In this document: positions 26,150 to 37,607 of the stretch, one piece after another | Layout of the letters: every line of letters begins with the position of its first letter | How positions within the stretch are numbered: the first letter of the stretch is position 1 | NCBI GenBank assembly: GCA_965113315.1 | Contig: OZ220363.1 | Origin: Podarcis vaucheri | Lineage: Eukaryota | DNA length: 64,000 nt | Reading direction: 5' to 3' (one strand) | Made by a program: the position numbers and the translations under genes | Notes under the pieces: generated by a model | Told to the model about the DNA's origin: nothing | Databases searched by the model: none | What the model saw: the letters and a program-made list of their open reading frames with translations, nothing else

Positions 26150-27400
26150 AGTTAAAACGTCATTGTGGGTGTTGAGAGGGCGTCGTCGTTAAGCGGCAGT
26201 TGCTTCTGGGGGCTTAGCGAGGTAGGGGGGCATGGAAAACGGGGACGTAGCTGCAGCGCACCGGGCGGGTGAAAAGCTTTCTGTGCTGTTCTCTATGAAG
26301 TCTGCCCCAGCCAGCCCTCGGGTGCTGGCCCCGGATTCTCCAATTGCAGTAGTGGTGGGGGAGGGGGGGAGAGGCTGCCTCGGCTGCCGCCACGACCAAT
26401 CAGCAAGCAGCCAGCGGCTTGGCCCGGCCCCCTCCCAACTCTGCAGCAGAACGGCTTTGCCGTCCTGTTCCTGGCTTGGTTTTCTCGGTCTCCTTTCTCT
26501 TCTGCCATCTTCCGTTGCAAAGCATTGCTGGGAACTGCATGTGGGTGACGCAGCAGCATTGTTTGCGGGCGCAGGAAGCTTCCGCTGAAGGGTTCTGGAA
26601 GGAACATGCTGCTGGCGCCGGGCAGCCGCTGGTGCTGGCGGAGTTGGGATCGCGCTTCCTGAGCCGCTCGTGTGAAGGAGGAGGATTGTGCTGGAGTTAA
26701 AATTACATAGTGGGGGGAGGATCGAAACCGAAGCCCTGCAACTTGGCAGAATAGAAAACAAAGGGACTCGGAAACTTCCTCCGAGACTCTCGGCACCTTC
26801 CGTGGAACGAAGCACGCAAGGTCAGGCAGACACGAACCTGGGGGGGGGGGGTTCAGCAGGGTTCCGCCGGCGGGTGGGGGAGGGAGAGAGCTGCTTCCCA
26901 CGTCCGTGCAGGATAGGATCACCCGGGACTCCCCTCCCACGGTTCCCCTCTGCGTTTGTTTGAAGGGTACTTTCCATGGGAGGAGTTCGTAAGCTTGGAA
27001 TGCAAGGACTCCCTTATATCGGTTGTTACAGGGTCGGAGCCCGCGTCTTCCCTTCCCAAGTTGGTTTGCATTCTTTGGGTGTTTGGGAACGGCACGTTTT
27101 CTACTTCAGATCAGTGATAGACTTTCGGGGCGGGGTGGGGGCTACTCTTTCCTAACATCCGCGTGAGTCGGTGAAGTTGGGTGTTCCCACCCCCGGAGTT
27201 TGCACGTCTGTGCAGCCACCCCTAAAGTGCCCCAGGCTGGTGCATATAGTGCGTTTCCCCTTCTGCCCCGTGAAGCATGTGTCTTCATGCCCTCAAATGC
27301 CGACCTTTCCTCATAAGTAGACGCTGTAAGGGAGAGGGTGGGGCTTGGGGACTGCACATTCTGCTGGGCTAGCCGAACAGCCACTTCCTTCCACCCACAA
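26150..27400 (+). promoter_or_regulatory. Intragenic CpG island, alternative promoter of KDM2A short form
   Basis: Sharp rise in GC/CpG within intron 12; CCAAT 26396-26400, TGACGCA 26546-26552, GC boxes; position matches the known mammalian KDM2A-SF promoter. Confidence 0.82.
26560..26820 (+). other. KDM2A: Alternative non-coding first exon (exon 1b) of KDM2A short form; 5' end uncertain
   Basis: Donor CGCAAG|gtcagg at 26820/26821; 3' end resembles the recalled human alternative first exon. Confidence 0.65.
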
Positions 27401-28871
27401 CCTTCTCTTGAAGGGTGGAGAAGCAGCTGTAAAGCGGGGTGGATACAAACTGATGGTGCTTCTTTTTAAATTAAACCGGATTTAAGTTTTTTATTTTTTT
27501 GAAAAATCCAGTTACTTTACAAACATTTAAACTGCAATCCCACACCCATTTACTTGAGAGTAGACCCCATTGCATTTTGTGGACTTGCTTTTCAGTAGGT
27601 AGATAAATATTATATTAGCATCTATCCTGAGTCAAACACATTGAGTTGCTTTCTTCCCTCCCCCGTTACTTAAATTGAGGTGCTGTTCTATTTAAAATAA
27701 TGATCCAGTTAAAAAATGTGGGGGGAAAGTCAGGCATTAATAAACATTCTGGCTGATTAATTACTAGCCCTTGATTATGGAAAGCTCTGGACATTTAATC
27801 TTAAATGCTTTTGCTTGGTGTTGTTACATGCTGGTAGAGAGCCAAACATTCTTTATCATAATGCATTTCTTTAAGCAGATACAGTTTGCAGCAGAAAAAG
27901 CATGTATGCTGCATGACCAGGTATTTTGGACTGTGTTCCCTGGGTAATAAGAAGACTTGCTCTATTTAGTTGTAGACAGATGTTTTAATTGTTTGCAGCA
28001 ACCAATTAACATTGCTTATTTAGGAACCATTAATTGGACAGTTGGAAACTTCATTTTAAATTGTCGTTGTGAATTGGACACCTATCTTGGTGACTTTAAA
28101 TTAATCTGTCCTACTGGAAAGCAACTTGCCTGTATAGGCAGCTTCAGATGGGAATATGAATCCCCTTTCTCTGGTAAGTGCCAGGGAGAGTGAGCCCAGC
28201 CCATGCAGTGTTCTTTGCCTCTTGGCAGCTAGAGACACTGCACTCCCTGCACACGGGGATGCCAGCAACGTAACCATAGTAACCTCAAGTAAATAAAGCA
28301 CATCTGAAATGGCAGTCAAGAGTGGGTGGGTAAGGTGGACGACAGAATCAGGAACAAGGCTAAAAGAGCCAGGCGGGAGGAGATGCTGTCTCAGGATGGC
28401 AACCACATTTGCTAGAACCTGGTCATTGGTTGGTGGCATAGAAATTATCTAGCCCATGTGTGAGATAGAAAATAGTATGGCTGAGAATACTGTGTTTCTG
28501 TGCTGTTTTGAGAAGTGTAACTTCTGGGATAAACATGGGCATACTGGTTGGGTGGAGGGCTTTGCTCCATTGTGGAAGAGACCACACTTAACCCAGACCT
28601 TCATTTCTGATCATGTTTCATCATATTATTTTCCCTAACACAATGACTTTAAGTGTGTGAGTCATGAGGCAAGGGATCACTGGTCAAATCTAATCTTTGT
28701 TAGGTATCCTTAGGCAAACCACATCTCTTGACCCTCATCAGTAACATGGGGACAAGAACACTGATCTGCCTTCCAGAATTGTTGTTAGGATTACTAAGAA
28801 AATGTACTGAATTATTCTGAAATACCATATAAGTATAAAAACTGATTTTTATTTTCTTAACCCTGCTATAG

Positions 28872-28955
28872 CTGCTGCTGGAGGAGTACGCAAACAGCGA
28901 TCCCAAACTGGCACTTACTGGAATTCCTATTGTCCAGTGGCCAAAGAGGGATAAG
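28872..28955 (+). CDS. KDM2A: KDM2A exon 13
   Basis: LLLEEYANSDPKLALTGIPIVQWPKRDK; tatag/gtaaa flanks; 84 bp. Confidence 0.95.
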
Positions 28956-29449
28956 GTAAATAATGGATCCATGACTTAACTCAAATAGCTTGGAGACTTG
29001 GTGGAGGGAACAGGAGTTCTGTGCTGGAAAGTGTTGTCAGTTGACAATAATAGCCTCATAATTTAAACCAAAGAACCTTACACCAGTATAAGGTATAAGG
29101 GCAGTAGCAGAGTAGGTCTGGGCACAAATCACAGGTATTAAAATGAAGTGCAGTATAAATATGAGGATAAAGAAATCAGGAGGATCATGATCATGGCTTC
29201 ACTTTCTAGGAGACGTGATTGCCCAAATCCAGAATTGGTTAATGATAAAACACAAGTTCATTATTTAGACATTGTGCCTCTGAGATCAAAGTCCTAATTC
29301 TTTCCATACACAATCTTTTCTGTTCCAAATTCCTGACTTTAAACTTCATGCATCTGTCATCTGAATCTCTTCTGACAGATTATTGTTTCCTTGGTTGATT
29401 ATATGAGCCTCCTAATTTTTTGCTGTCTTCCCTCCCCCACCAATGACAG

Positions 29450-29716
29450 CTCAAGCTTCAGGCTCGGCCAAAGTTAAGATTACCTACCATCCCGATCACC
29501 AAGCCACACACCATGAAACCCGCGCCACGGCCAGCAACTGTGAGACCTACAGTCTCTCCTATAGTGTCTGGTGCCCGCAGAAGACGGGTGCGATGTCGTA
29601 AATGCAAGGCCTGTTTGCAAGGCGAATGTGGCATGTGCCACTACTGCAGGGATATGAAGAAGTTTGGGGGGCCTGGTCGTATGAAGCAGTCCTGTGTACT
29701 ACGGCAGTGCTTGGCG
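29450..29716 (+). CDS. KDM2A: KDM2A exon 14 (CXXC zinc finger; internal ATG at 29513)
   Basis: LKLQARPK...MKPAPR...[47 protein letters not shown]; KFGG and KQ CpG-binding motifs; 267 bp. Confidence 0.97.
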
Positions 29717-29998
29717 GTGAGTCCTGTGGTATATTGGGTGGGGAAATTGCTTATCTCTGTGGAAGGCTCTAACAGTAGGGGGTGAAACCTGTCAAACGTC
29801 TCGAAAGGCAAAAGAGCAACTAATGAGGTTGATTGAAAAGCCTTGGGAACAAATGTGGTTGGCACTGGAAAGTAGTTAATGTCCTTCAGTGCATTCTATA
29901 GAGGCAAATGGGGTTGGGGAAGTGGGATAACCATCCCCTGAAGCTTAGAAGCAAGCCTGTGGTATAACTTCCTGTTTCACTCTTCGTTTGCTTTGTAG

Positions 29999-30130
29999 CC
30001 CAGACTGCCTCACTCTGTTACATGTTCACTTTGTGGGGAGGTAGATAAGAATGAGGATTCACAGGACTTTGAGAAGAAGCTAATGGAGTGCTGCATCTGC
30101 AATGAGATTGTTCACCCAGGTTGTCTACAG
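29999..30130 (+). CDS. KDM2A: KDM2A exon 15 (PHD finger)
   Basis: [44 protein letters not shown]; 132 bp. Confidence 0.96.
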
Positions 30131-30220
30131 GTAAGAAGGTTTACTTGACTCATCTCGATACAGGAGTGTCAAGAACAGATGCATTCCTGGAAATCACCTT
30201 TGTGTGTTTTTCCTCTGCAG

Positions 30221-30310
30221 ATGGATGGGGAAGGGCTACTGAACGATGAATTGCCCAACTGCTGGGAGTGTCCGAAGTGCTACAAGGGAGATGAGTCGGA
30301 AAAAGGCCAG
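30221..30310 (+). CDS. KDM2A: KDM2A exon 16 (PHD end)
   Basis: MDGEGLLNDELPNCWECPKCYKGDESEKGQ; 90 bp. Confidence 0.96.
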
Positions 30311-31916
30311 GTAAGAAATGGATTATCAAACATTGGCACATGCCTTCTGTGTTGCATGCTACTCTTGGGTAATGAAGAAGCACACTGTTTGCACCTAGCC
30401 TGTACCTAAGGCATTGGGGAGAGAAGGTTCTTTGGGTATCCTGGGTGTTTATCCTTGTGCACTTTGGGAAGGCTTAGTAGGAGCCACACGAGTGTGAGGT
30501 GAGCACTAGGAGAGCCTCTTCTGTTGAGTAAAAGAGTTCCACCTGGAAATGAGCACTGGTGACACCATACAATGTTAACTACATGATGGAGCCACTTTAC
30601 AGCTTTTCCACCGCCACCTTCTTGGCATCTACAGAGAGCTCATCAGCACATGAACTGTAACATCCTGCTGGAGAAACAGTTCCTGGAAGGGCAGCAAAAT
30701 CAACTTCCATCAACCAAGCAGTGGACATGTTATCAATGGCAGAAACTGACAAGACTGCCCTGGGAGAAATACAATTGCAAGATCCTGCGTAGAGTTGTGC
30801 CTGCTGCCCCAGCAAAGAGCATCCCAGTGAAGGCAAGAAGGGGTGGGGGTAAGGGACTGGTAATCTCTTATTACCATCACAGGAGTTATTATGATCTGGC
30901 ATTCTGTTAGAATAGTGCCCTGCAGCACTTCATTCCAGCCTTGGGGAACTTGGACCATGGCAGTCAGGGGCCTGTTTCTCCTACATGTTTAGTGATGGAG
31001 ATCTGCTAAATAAATAAATAAGCCATAGCTTAGCAGAGTGAAGAAATTGGCTGAACCCTTCCCTTAACATCTGTTTGAAAATTGAATCTAACAGCACATT
31101 CTTGAATAGGTAAATTAAGATGGTGATACAAATAAACACTGCATGGTTCAAGTCTAGTATAACAATTGACTCGTTCCTCACATCAGCTACTTATCTTCAA
31201 AGTTGGGTGCATGTGTGCATCTAGTGTTCTCACATGTATTCTGCAGCTTGGTGACATTTTATTAGATCTACATAACCCTTCAGCTTTCACTAAGTGACAA
31301 AGTCCAATTTCTTCAACCTTAATGTAGCTAACGTGAGGGCAGTTTGGAACAGAGTTCATACTATAGCCAAATGAATGGATTCAAATGGTATGGGTCCAGC
31401 ATGTCCTTCAAGGAAGTCATCTGGGAAGAGAGACGGTACTTCCAGTAACTTCACTTGCAGGTGCTCTGGAATGCCAATAGGATTTTCTGGGCCCAGTACA
31501 CTCACTTTATGTAGGTTGGGACCTTTTGCCTACCCATAAGCTGACAAACTGCTACCTATATACGTACTCTAAGTAATTGTAGAATTGCAAGCTTTCATGT
31601 AGTATATTGCTACCTAATTATTTTCTAGACTAAATTTTTTGTTTGACTACTAGCCGGGCATAGTTTCTACTGAGAGGTCCCATTAAGTTCAATGGGACTT
31701 ACTCCCAGATAAATGGCTATAAGTTTATAGCCTAGTTAGGTAAGGAAGAGGAAGGAGACTCTCCCCACACGCCATTCTTTTTAATGGACCCTAATTAAAT
31801 CATCCAAAAATATACTCATATCACCTCTCTACTTTGCTGGCACCATTATTGAAAATGGTTGTGTGTTTTTTTACTGGTGGGAAGCGAGGAAAATTAAGTA
31901 AGATGGATTCAATTTA

Positions 31917-32418
31917 CCGTATTTTTCCATATATAAGTCCATCCTTTTTTGCTAATTGTTTTGAGTCAAAAACTGGGGGTCGTATTATACACGGATGGTG
32001 AATGCGCTCTGGCTCCGATGGGGTGGCCTAGGATCAGGATCGGGCTCTGGTGCAGGTGGCCTGGGATCAAGCCCAATTTCTTAATTTTGTGTTAAAGAAA
32101 ATGGGTTGTTTTATACATGTCGGCGTCTTACACTGTATTGGCCCGAATATAAGCCGCACCCTAATATAAGCTGCACCTTTAAAATTCAGGGGGGGGCGGC
32201 GGAGAAAAAAGAATATCCGAATATAAGCCACTCCCTTAAAATTTCACAGGCACTTACACCCATTCCATTTTACTGTATGTCTGTTTCAATAGCGATATCG
32301 TAAAAGCCAATTTTTGTAAGGTCACATACTTATGCCGCACTTTAACTTTTCACAGTCGGAATTTGGAAACAAAAGGGCAGCTTATATTCAGGCCAATATG
32401 GTACATGGAAAAATACGA
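31917..32418. mobile_element. Tc1/mariner-pogo MITE with a second MITE nested at 32133-32401
   Basis: Outer TIR CCGTATTTTTCCAT / ATGGAAAAATACG; inner TIR TATTGGCCCGAATATAAGCCGC / GCAGCTTATATTCAGGCCAATA. Confidence 0.8.
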
Positions 32419-34323
32419 TACTAACAAAGGGCCAAAGACAGCCTTTAACTACCTAACCACAACATCACCACTTATCTCGTCTCATGTAACCTTGTTGCAA
32501 TAATCTGTCCCTTCAAAAACACTACACTGTTCACTTTTTTTTACTGATACAGAAAACAAAGTAGTTCTTCTGTCATTTTGGTTTTAGGAGACCAGTGTGG
32601 GGAGGAACTCCGTCATGATTAAGACTGGTGTCCTATTTTTAATTGCCTGGGAGTGAACCCCATTGAACTCGGTGGAGTTTACTTTTGAGTCATCATCTGT
32701 AGAATTGTACAGTAATATGGCTACCCTGATATATTGCTTTCAGAAAACTTTGCTTTGAGACTGTAGGTGCCATACATAGAGCATACTTCCTCCAAGGACT
32801 TGAGACTCCCTGGGGATGATGATCGTTTCCATTCATGTCAATGCAGGCTCCCATTGGCTTTCAACAATTATTTTAGGAATTCAGCTTAACTATAAATGCC
32901 AGAAAATCTGTGTTCATATGTCGTGACAAGAATGTGTTTGCATTACATACGTAGACCCTGATGTCAATAGATTGTGTGCAGCTGCTGCATTTTATGTAAA
33001 TTTTGCTTCAAAGGGAAAAGGATAAGCCTGAGGTTTACAAAGGGATACAACTTGGAAAGAGCCGCAATTTTAATAATGCATTAAGCATTTCTTTCAGACA
33101 TCTTCTGCAGTGGTAGAGAAACATTGTCTTTGATCTGTATCATTGTAAACTTTGTTTCCTGTCCCTCTGGTGTAGCTAATCCATAAACTAAAGTACAACA
33201 ATGGTATCATCCTAAAGAGTTTTCTTAAGAGAAAAGTGGCATGTAGGTTAGCCCAGTTTGTGTTCTTCCTTGGCTTCTGCAAGTTCATTTGTCTACAGGA
33301 GTGGTGAAAATTTACAATTCTTGTATCTGATCTTTTAACATACCAACTAGATCAGGCATATGATCCATATGTTTTTGAACATCCATGAACCCCAGTCAGC
33401 GTGGCCAGTGGTCAAGGATGCTGGGAACTGTAGTCAAACACCAGCAGGACACTGTGCTGACTAGTGGGTGGCATTCAACTAAGTTTTACTCAGAATAGAC
33501 TTGGTGAAATTAACGGACCTGACTTAGTCATGTTCATTAATTTCAAAGTTAGGTTTGTTAATTTCAATAGATCTGTTCAGGGTGAAACTTAGCTGAATTA
33601 CTCTCCACCCCAATGTTTCTAACCTAAAATCTCTGAAGTAGGAAAATTAGTAAAGCCATTGCCACCACTATTTTAGAAGAGCTTATTTACGTTAGGACTG
33701 TAATAGTGTTTATTAACTAAGAAAATAAAGACATGCTAAATTTATTTTAAAGTTTTGTCTTGCTTTCCTTTAAATCAACCCCATAAATATTTTTATCAGC
33801 CCTAAAGATACTGAAGCACTGTTCATTTTTTGTTTGGTTGGTTTTGTTTTTAAGCTTGCCTTCTAAATGCCAATAAAGCTGGATGCACTGTTCTCTTTGT
33901 ATCGTTTTTTGGAGATGAGATTGAGAGCAGGGCTGTCCATGTTCATCTCAGTAGTGGGTCTGGGGAAGCTGGCTTCTCTGTGAAGTATACTTAAGCAACC
34001 CAAGCTACTTAGAGCTTTATAGGCCAAAACGAGCACTTCACATTGTGCCCAGAAGCAAATGGAGAGCAAGCACAGTTTTAAATTCTGGTGTCCTGCACTT
34101 TAATAGAGTTGGCTATTGGAAAAATGGAATGACAGCAAAGAGTGTAAATTTCACTTCCTTCACTGACACTAGTGTGAAAGTAAAAGAGCTTATAATAATG
34201 AGCATCACCCACTCTGATGCATTTTACTTTTAAATGGAATGCATTCTACCATATAAATTTCAAAATTTAACTCCCTCCTGTGTTGGTCTTTACAATGGTA
34301 ACTTGTTGCCACTCGCTTTGCAG

Positions 34324-35036
34324 AAGCGGAAAATGGATGATGGCGATGATGACACAGTCCAAGCCAAAGTTCTGCGTCCTTTGCGAAGCTGTGAGGAACC
34401 TTTGACTCCACCACCACATTCGCCTACCCCAATGCTGCAGCTAATACATGACCCTGTGTCACCACGAAGCATAGTGACACGGTCCTCTCCGGGGGCCGGT
34501 CCTAGTGACCATCACGGGCCCAGCCGGGATGAACGCTTTAAGAGACGCCAGCTACTTCGGCTGCAAGGCACAGAGCGCACAGTGGTGCGGGAAAAAGAGA
34601 ACAACCCTAGTGGCAAGAAAGAGCTGTCAGAAGTAGAAAAGGCTAAGCTCCATGGTTCCTATCTTACAGTCACGTTACAAAGACCTACCAAAGACATGCA
34701 TGGCCCCTCCATTGTGCCCAAGCTGCAGGCAATCACTGCCTCCTCCACTAATCTGCGGCACTCTCCTCGTGTGGTCATGCGCCAAAGTTCAGCCAGAGCA
34801 CCCCAGCGGGGTGGAGATGAAGAAGCAGCTGAGGATGAAGAGGAGGAGGAAAGTGCAGAGGAGGAAGAGGAAAGTGCAGAGGAGAGTGGGGCAGCCAGAC
34901 TGAATGGCCAAGGAGGCAGGGCTCCAGATAGTGAGGAAATCTGGATGCAAAAAGAGGTGTGGATGTCTGTCTTCCGTTATCTCACTCGCAAGGAGCTTTG
35001 TGAATGTATGCGTGTATGCAAAACCTGGTACAAATG
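34324..35036 (+). CDS. KDM2A: KDM2A exon 17 (linker, LTVTL HP1-type motif, acidic tract, F-box)
   Basis: KRKMDD...YLTVTLQRP...[27 protein letters not shown](W); 713 bp. Confidence 0.96.
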
Positions 35037-37443
35037 GTAAGTGACTGCAGAACTGGATGCACTGCCTATTTTAATAGTAGTTCTCTCTTTTTCAGAATGT
35101 TTTTATTGAACCCCTAAGCCTCTTGGATCCAATTTTGTGTGCTGTACTACATCTTGCAAATTTATGTGTAATATGCAAATGTAAAAGGGGCAATTTGGGC
35201 AGAAGGCGGAAAGCAACTGTATTTAATAATACAGTGCATAAACTTGTGGAATTCATGTCACAGGATGTAGTGTTAGTTGCAAGCTCAGGTGGCTTTTAAA
35301 GAGGATTACACAAGGCTGTTGGTGGATTGTAACAGTTACTAAAAATTGAATCTCCACCTTCAGCACCAGTATAATGTCTAAGTACCAGGAAAATGTTGTA
35401 GACAAAGAAGCTTTTGATTTCTCATTCTTATCTTGCTTTTGAGTTCCCATGCCTAGTCACTTCTGAAAACAAAATGGGGTAGAGGGATCTTGATCTGATC
35501 TAGTGCAGCCATTCTTAGATAATTATCCTACTAGTCTTTCCTTTCATCATTTGGGTATCGTCTGACCAAACTCCATGTGTTGCTCCTTTCTGGTAAAGCT
35601 GTGTGTAACCAATAGGAATCAAAATGATGTATTGGGGCTATTAAATCCTAAGGACTTGCTTAAGCAACTCTATGCACTTGAGTTGCTAGTTCTATACAAC
35701 CATTGGACCTAGATTAGATGTAAAATCCTCAGATGGAGGACATGCCATATTTTACAATTGGGGAGAATTATACTTTCTCCCTTCGTGTCTTAAGAAGCCC
35801 ATCTCTGAAAAAGGGAGAGAAGCTGGGAGTTGAACTCCCAGCTTCAGTTTCCCTAAATGCTTCCATCTTTAAGGAGGACCTGTCTTCAAGCATGAGCAGA
35901 AAACCTCAGATTCCTTGCCTCCCCACCCCCCAAAAACTTTCTAAGATGAAGAGTGATTCAAAGGCTAAAAGTCTGAAAAATGAAGCATGCCCAATTCAAA
36001 AAATTCCACAGTGGCAAGGTAGAGCAGATAAGATATAGCTATTCTCAGTCAGCCAGTATACACAAATGTAACTCTTAGCCTTAAGAGTTACCAGTGTAGT
36101 ATCCCGCCTCAGCCAATTAATTGTATTAGAAAAGACATGTTACCTGCAATGAACACAGAATCAAAGCTGAAAGCTTCAAGGATATTCTGCTGATAGACCA
36201 GAGGCATCCTAAATCTGATACAGAAAAACTTAGATGGCAACCTCATAATTCAGGAAGCCTTTTACGAGCCAGATTATATTTTTTTTGCCAATATTAATAT
36301 GCAAATGTCATATCTGGATATAACTTAAGAGGAATATTCCAGCCCTCGAGGGTCGGCAAGAGCCCTACTACTATGAGGAGTAGATATTTAACTCAGTAGT
36401 TGAGCCCCTCAGATTTCAAAGTATGAAACAATGTTGCCACCCTGGGATCATTTGGAAGGAAGGGTGAGGTATAAATGTAATAAATAGGATAGCATCTCAG
36501 GTGTTTCAGAATTAGAAGCTTATGACTCCAAGGAGAATACATGGGCATTGCTTACCTCTACAGCAAGACAGTCTTACCCCATGTGTATTCCGACCAGCAG
36601 TGTGAGAGTCAGAGAAACATACATATCAGAAAGACATTACTTTATTCATTCATCAACAACTTCTCAAAAGCACACATTTTTTTAAAGGTGATGATGTAGA
36701 ATCCCTTAATATAAATTCTCTGTCAAAAAGGAATGCAATAATTTTTGTCTTGGATCAATTAGAAAATATTGTAAGTTTTTTATTATCAACAAAAGTTTTA
36801 TTTTCCACCCGATTTTCGTTTGTGACTGCGAATAATGAATTAGCTTTAAAGTGTCTTACAAGTTTTTTCATTTCACAAATAAGATTTTGCGGGTTACCTC
36901 TACCTTGAATATGTTTACACAGAGAATATCTAGGATGAGGATGTTAGGAAGGTGAACATATATCCATCCTACTACATTAATTCCGATTTTCTTTGTTAGA
37001 TATATAATGTGTAGTTTTCTTGCAGTTAAAGTGTTCTTTGGTTCTATAAAGCTTCATAGATGGAAAATAATAGACTTGAAGGTGTGTCTAGCAGTAGCCT
37101 TCATAGTCAGTTACCTTACTATTTTTCAGTGATCTTCAAGAACCATATTTCTATTATCCCTGTGGAAAGAATAAATTTAAGTGACTCAAAAGAAACACAA
37201 TATTGTACCAGATACACCTGTTGAAGGGCTGAGGGGAGTTGACTAAGTCCAAGAGAAAAGAATTGGGGTTACCTACCCATCACAGACAGGGGGGGGGGGC
37301 TTTTCTGTTCTCCTTGGTTTCAAAAGACATAAGTACTACTGCTCAGTAAAAGATCCTGTCACAAATAATTGGTCAGAAACCAATAAGTATAAAGAGTTTG
37401 TGGAAAGGTGTATTTCTAGTCTAATACAGTGTGTTTCAATTAG

Positions 37444-37607
37444 GTGTGGTGACAGGAGATTGTGGACGAAGATTGACTTAAGCAGGTACAAGTCCATCAC
37501 ACCTCTGGCACTGGGTGGCATAATCAGGAGGCAGCCAGTCAGCCTTGACCTCAGCTGGACCAATATTTCCAGAAAACAGCTCACCTGGCTCATCAACAGA
37601 CTACCAG
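37444..37607 (+). CDS. KDM2A: KDM2A exon 18 (F-box end / LRR)
   Basis: [54 protein letters not shown](G); 164 bp. Confidence 0.95.

Noticed and set aside
26100-26170. Hammerhead-like CTGATGA...AAAACGTC
   Set aside because: GAAA box lacks its G, stem I does not pair, stem II not adjacent to the core
26189-26940. Antisense ORFs of 208 and 215 aa
   Set aside because: GC-rich island with few stop codons; no domain, low-complexity composition
30131-30220. In-frame retention of the 90-bp intron 15
   Set aside because: In-frame TGA at codon 6
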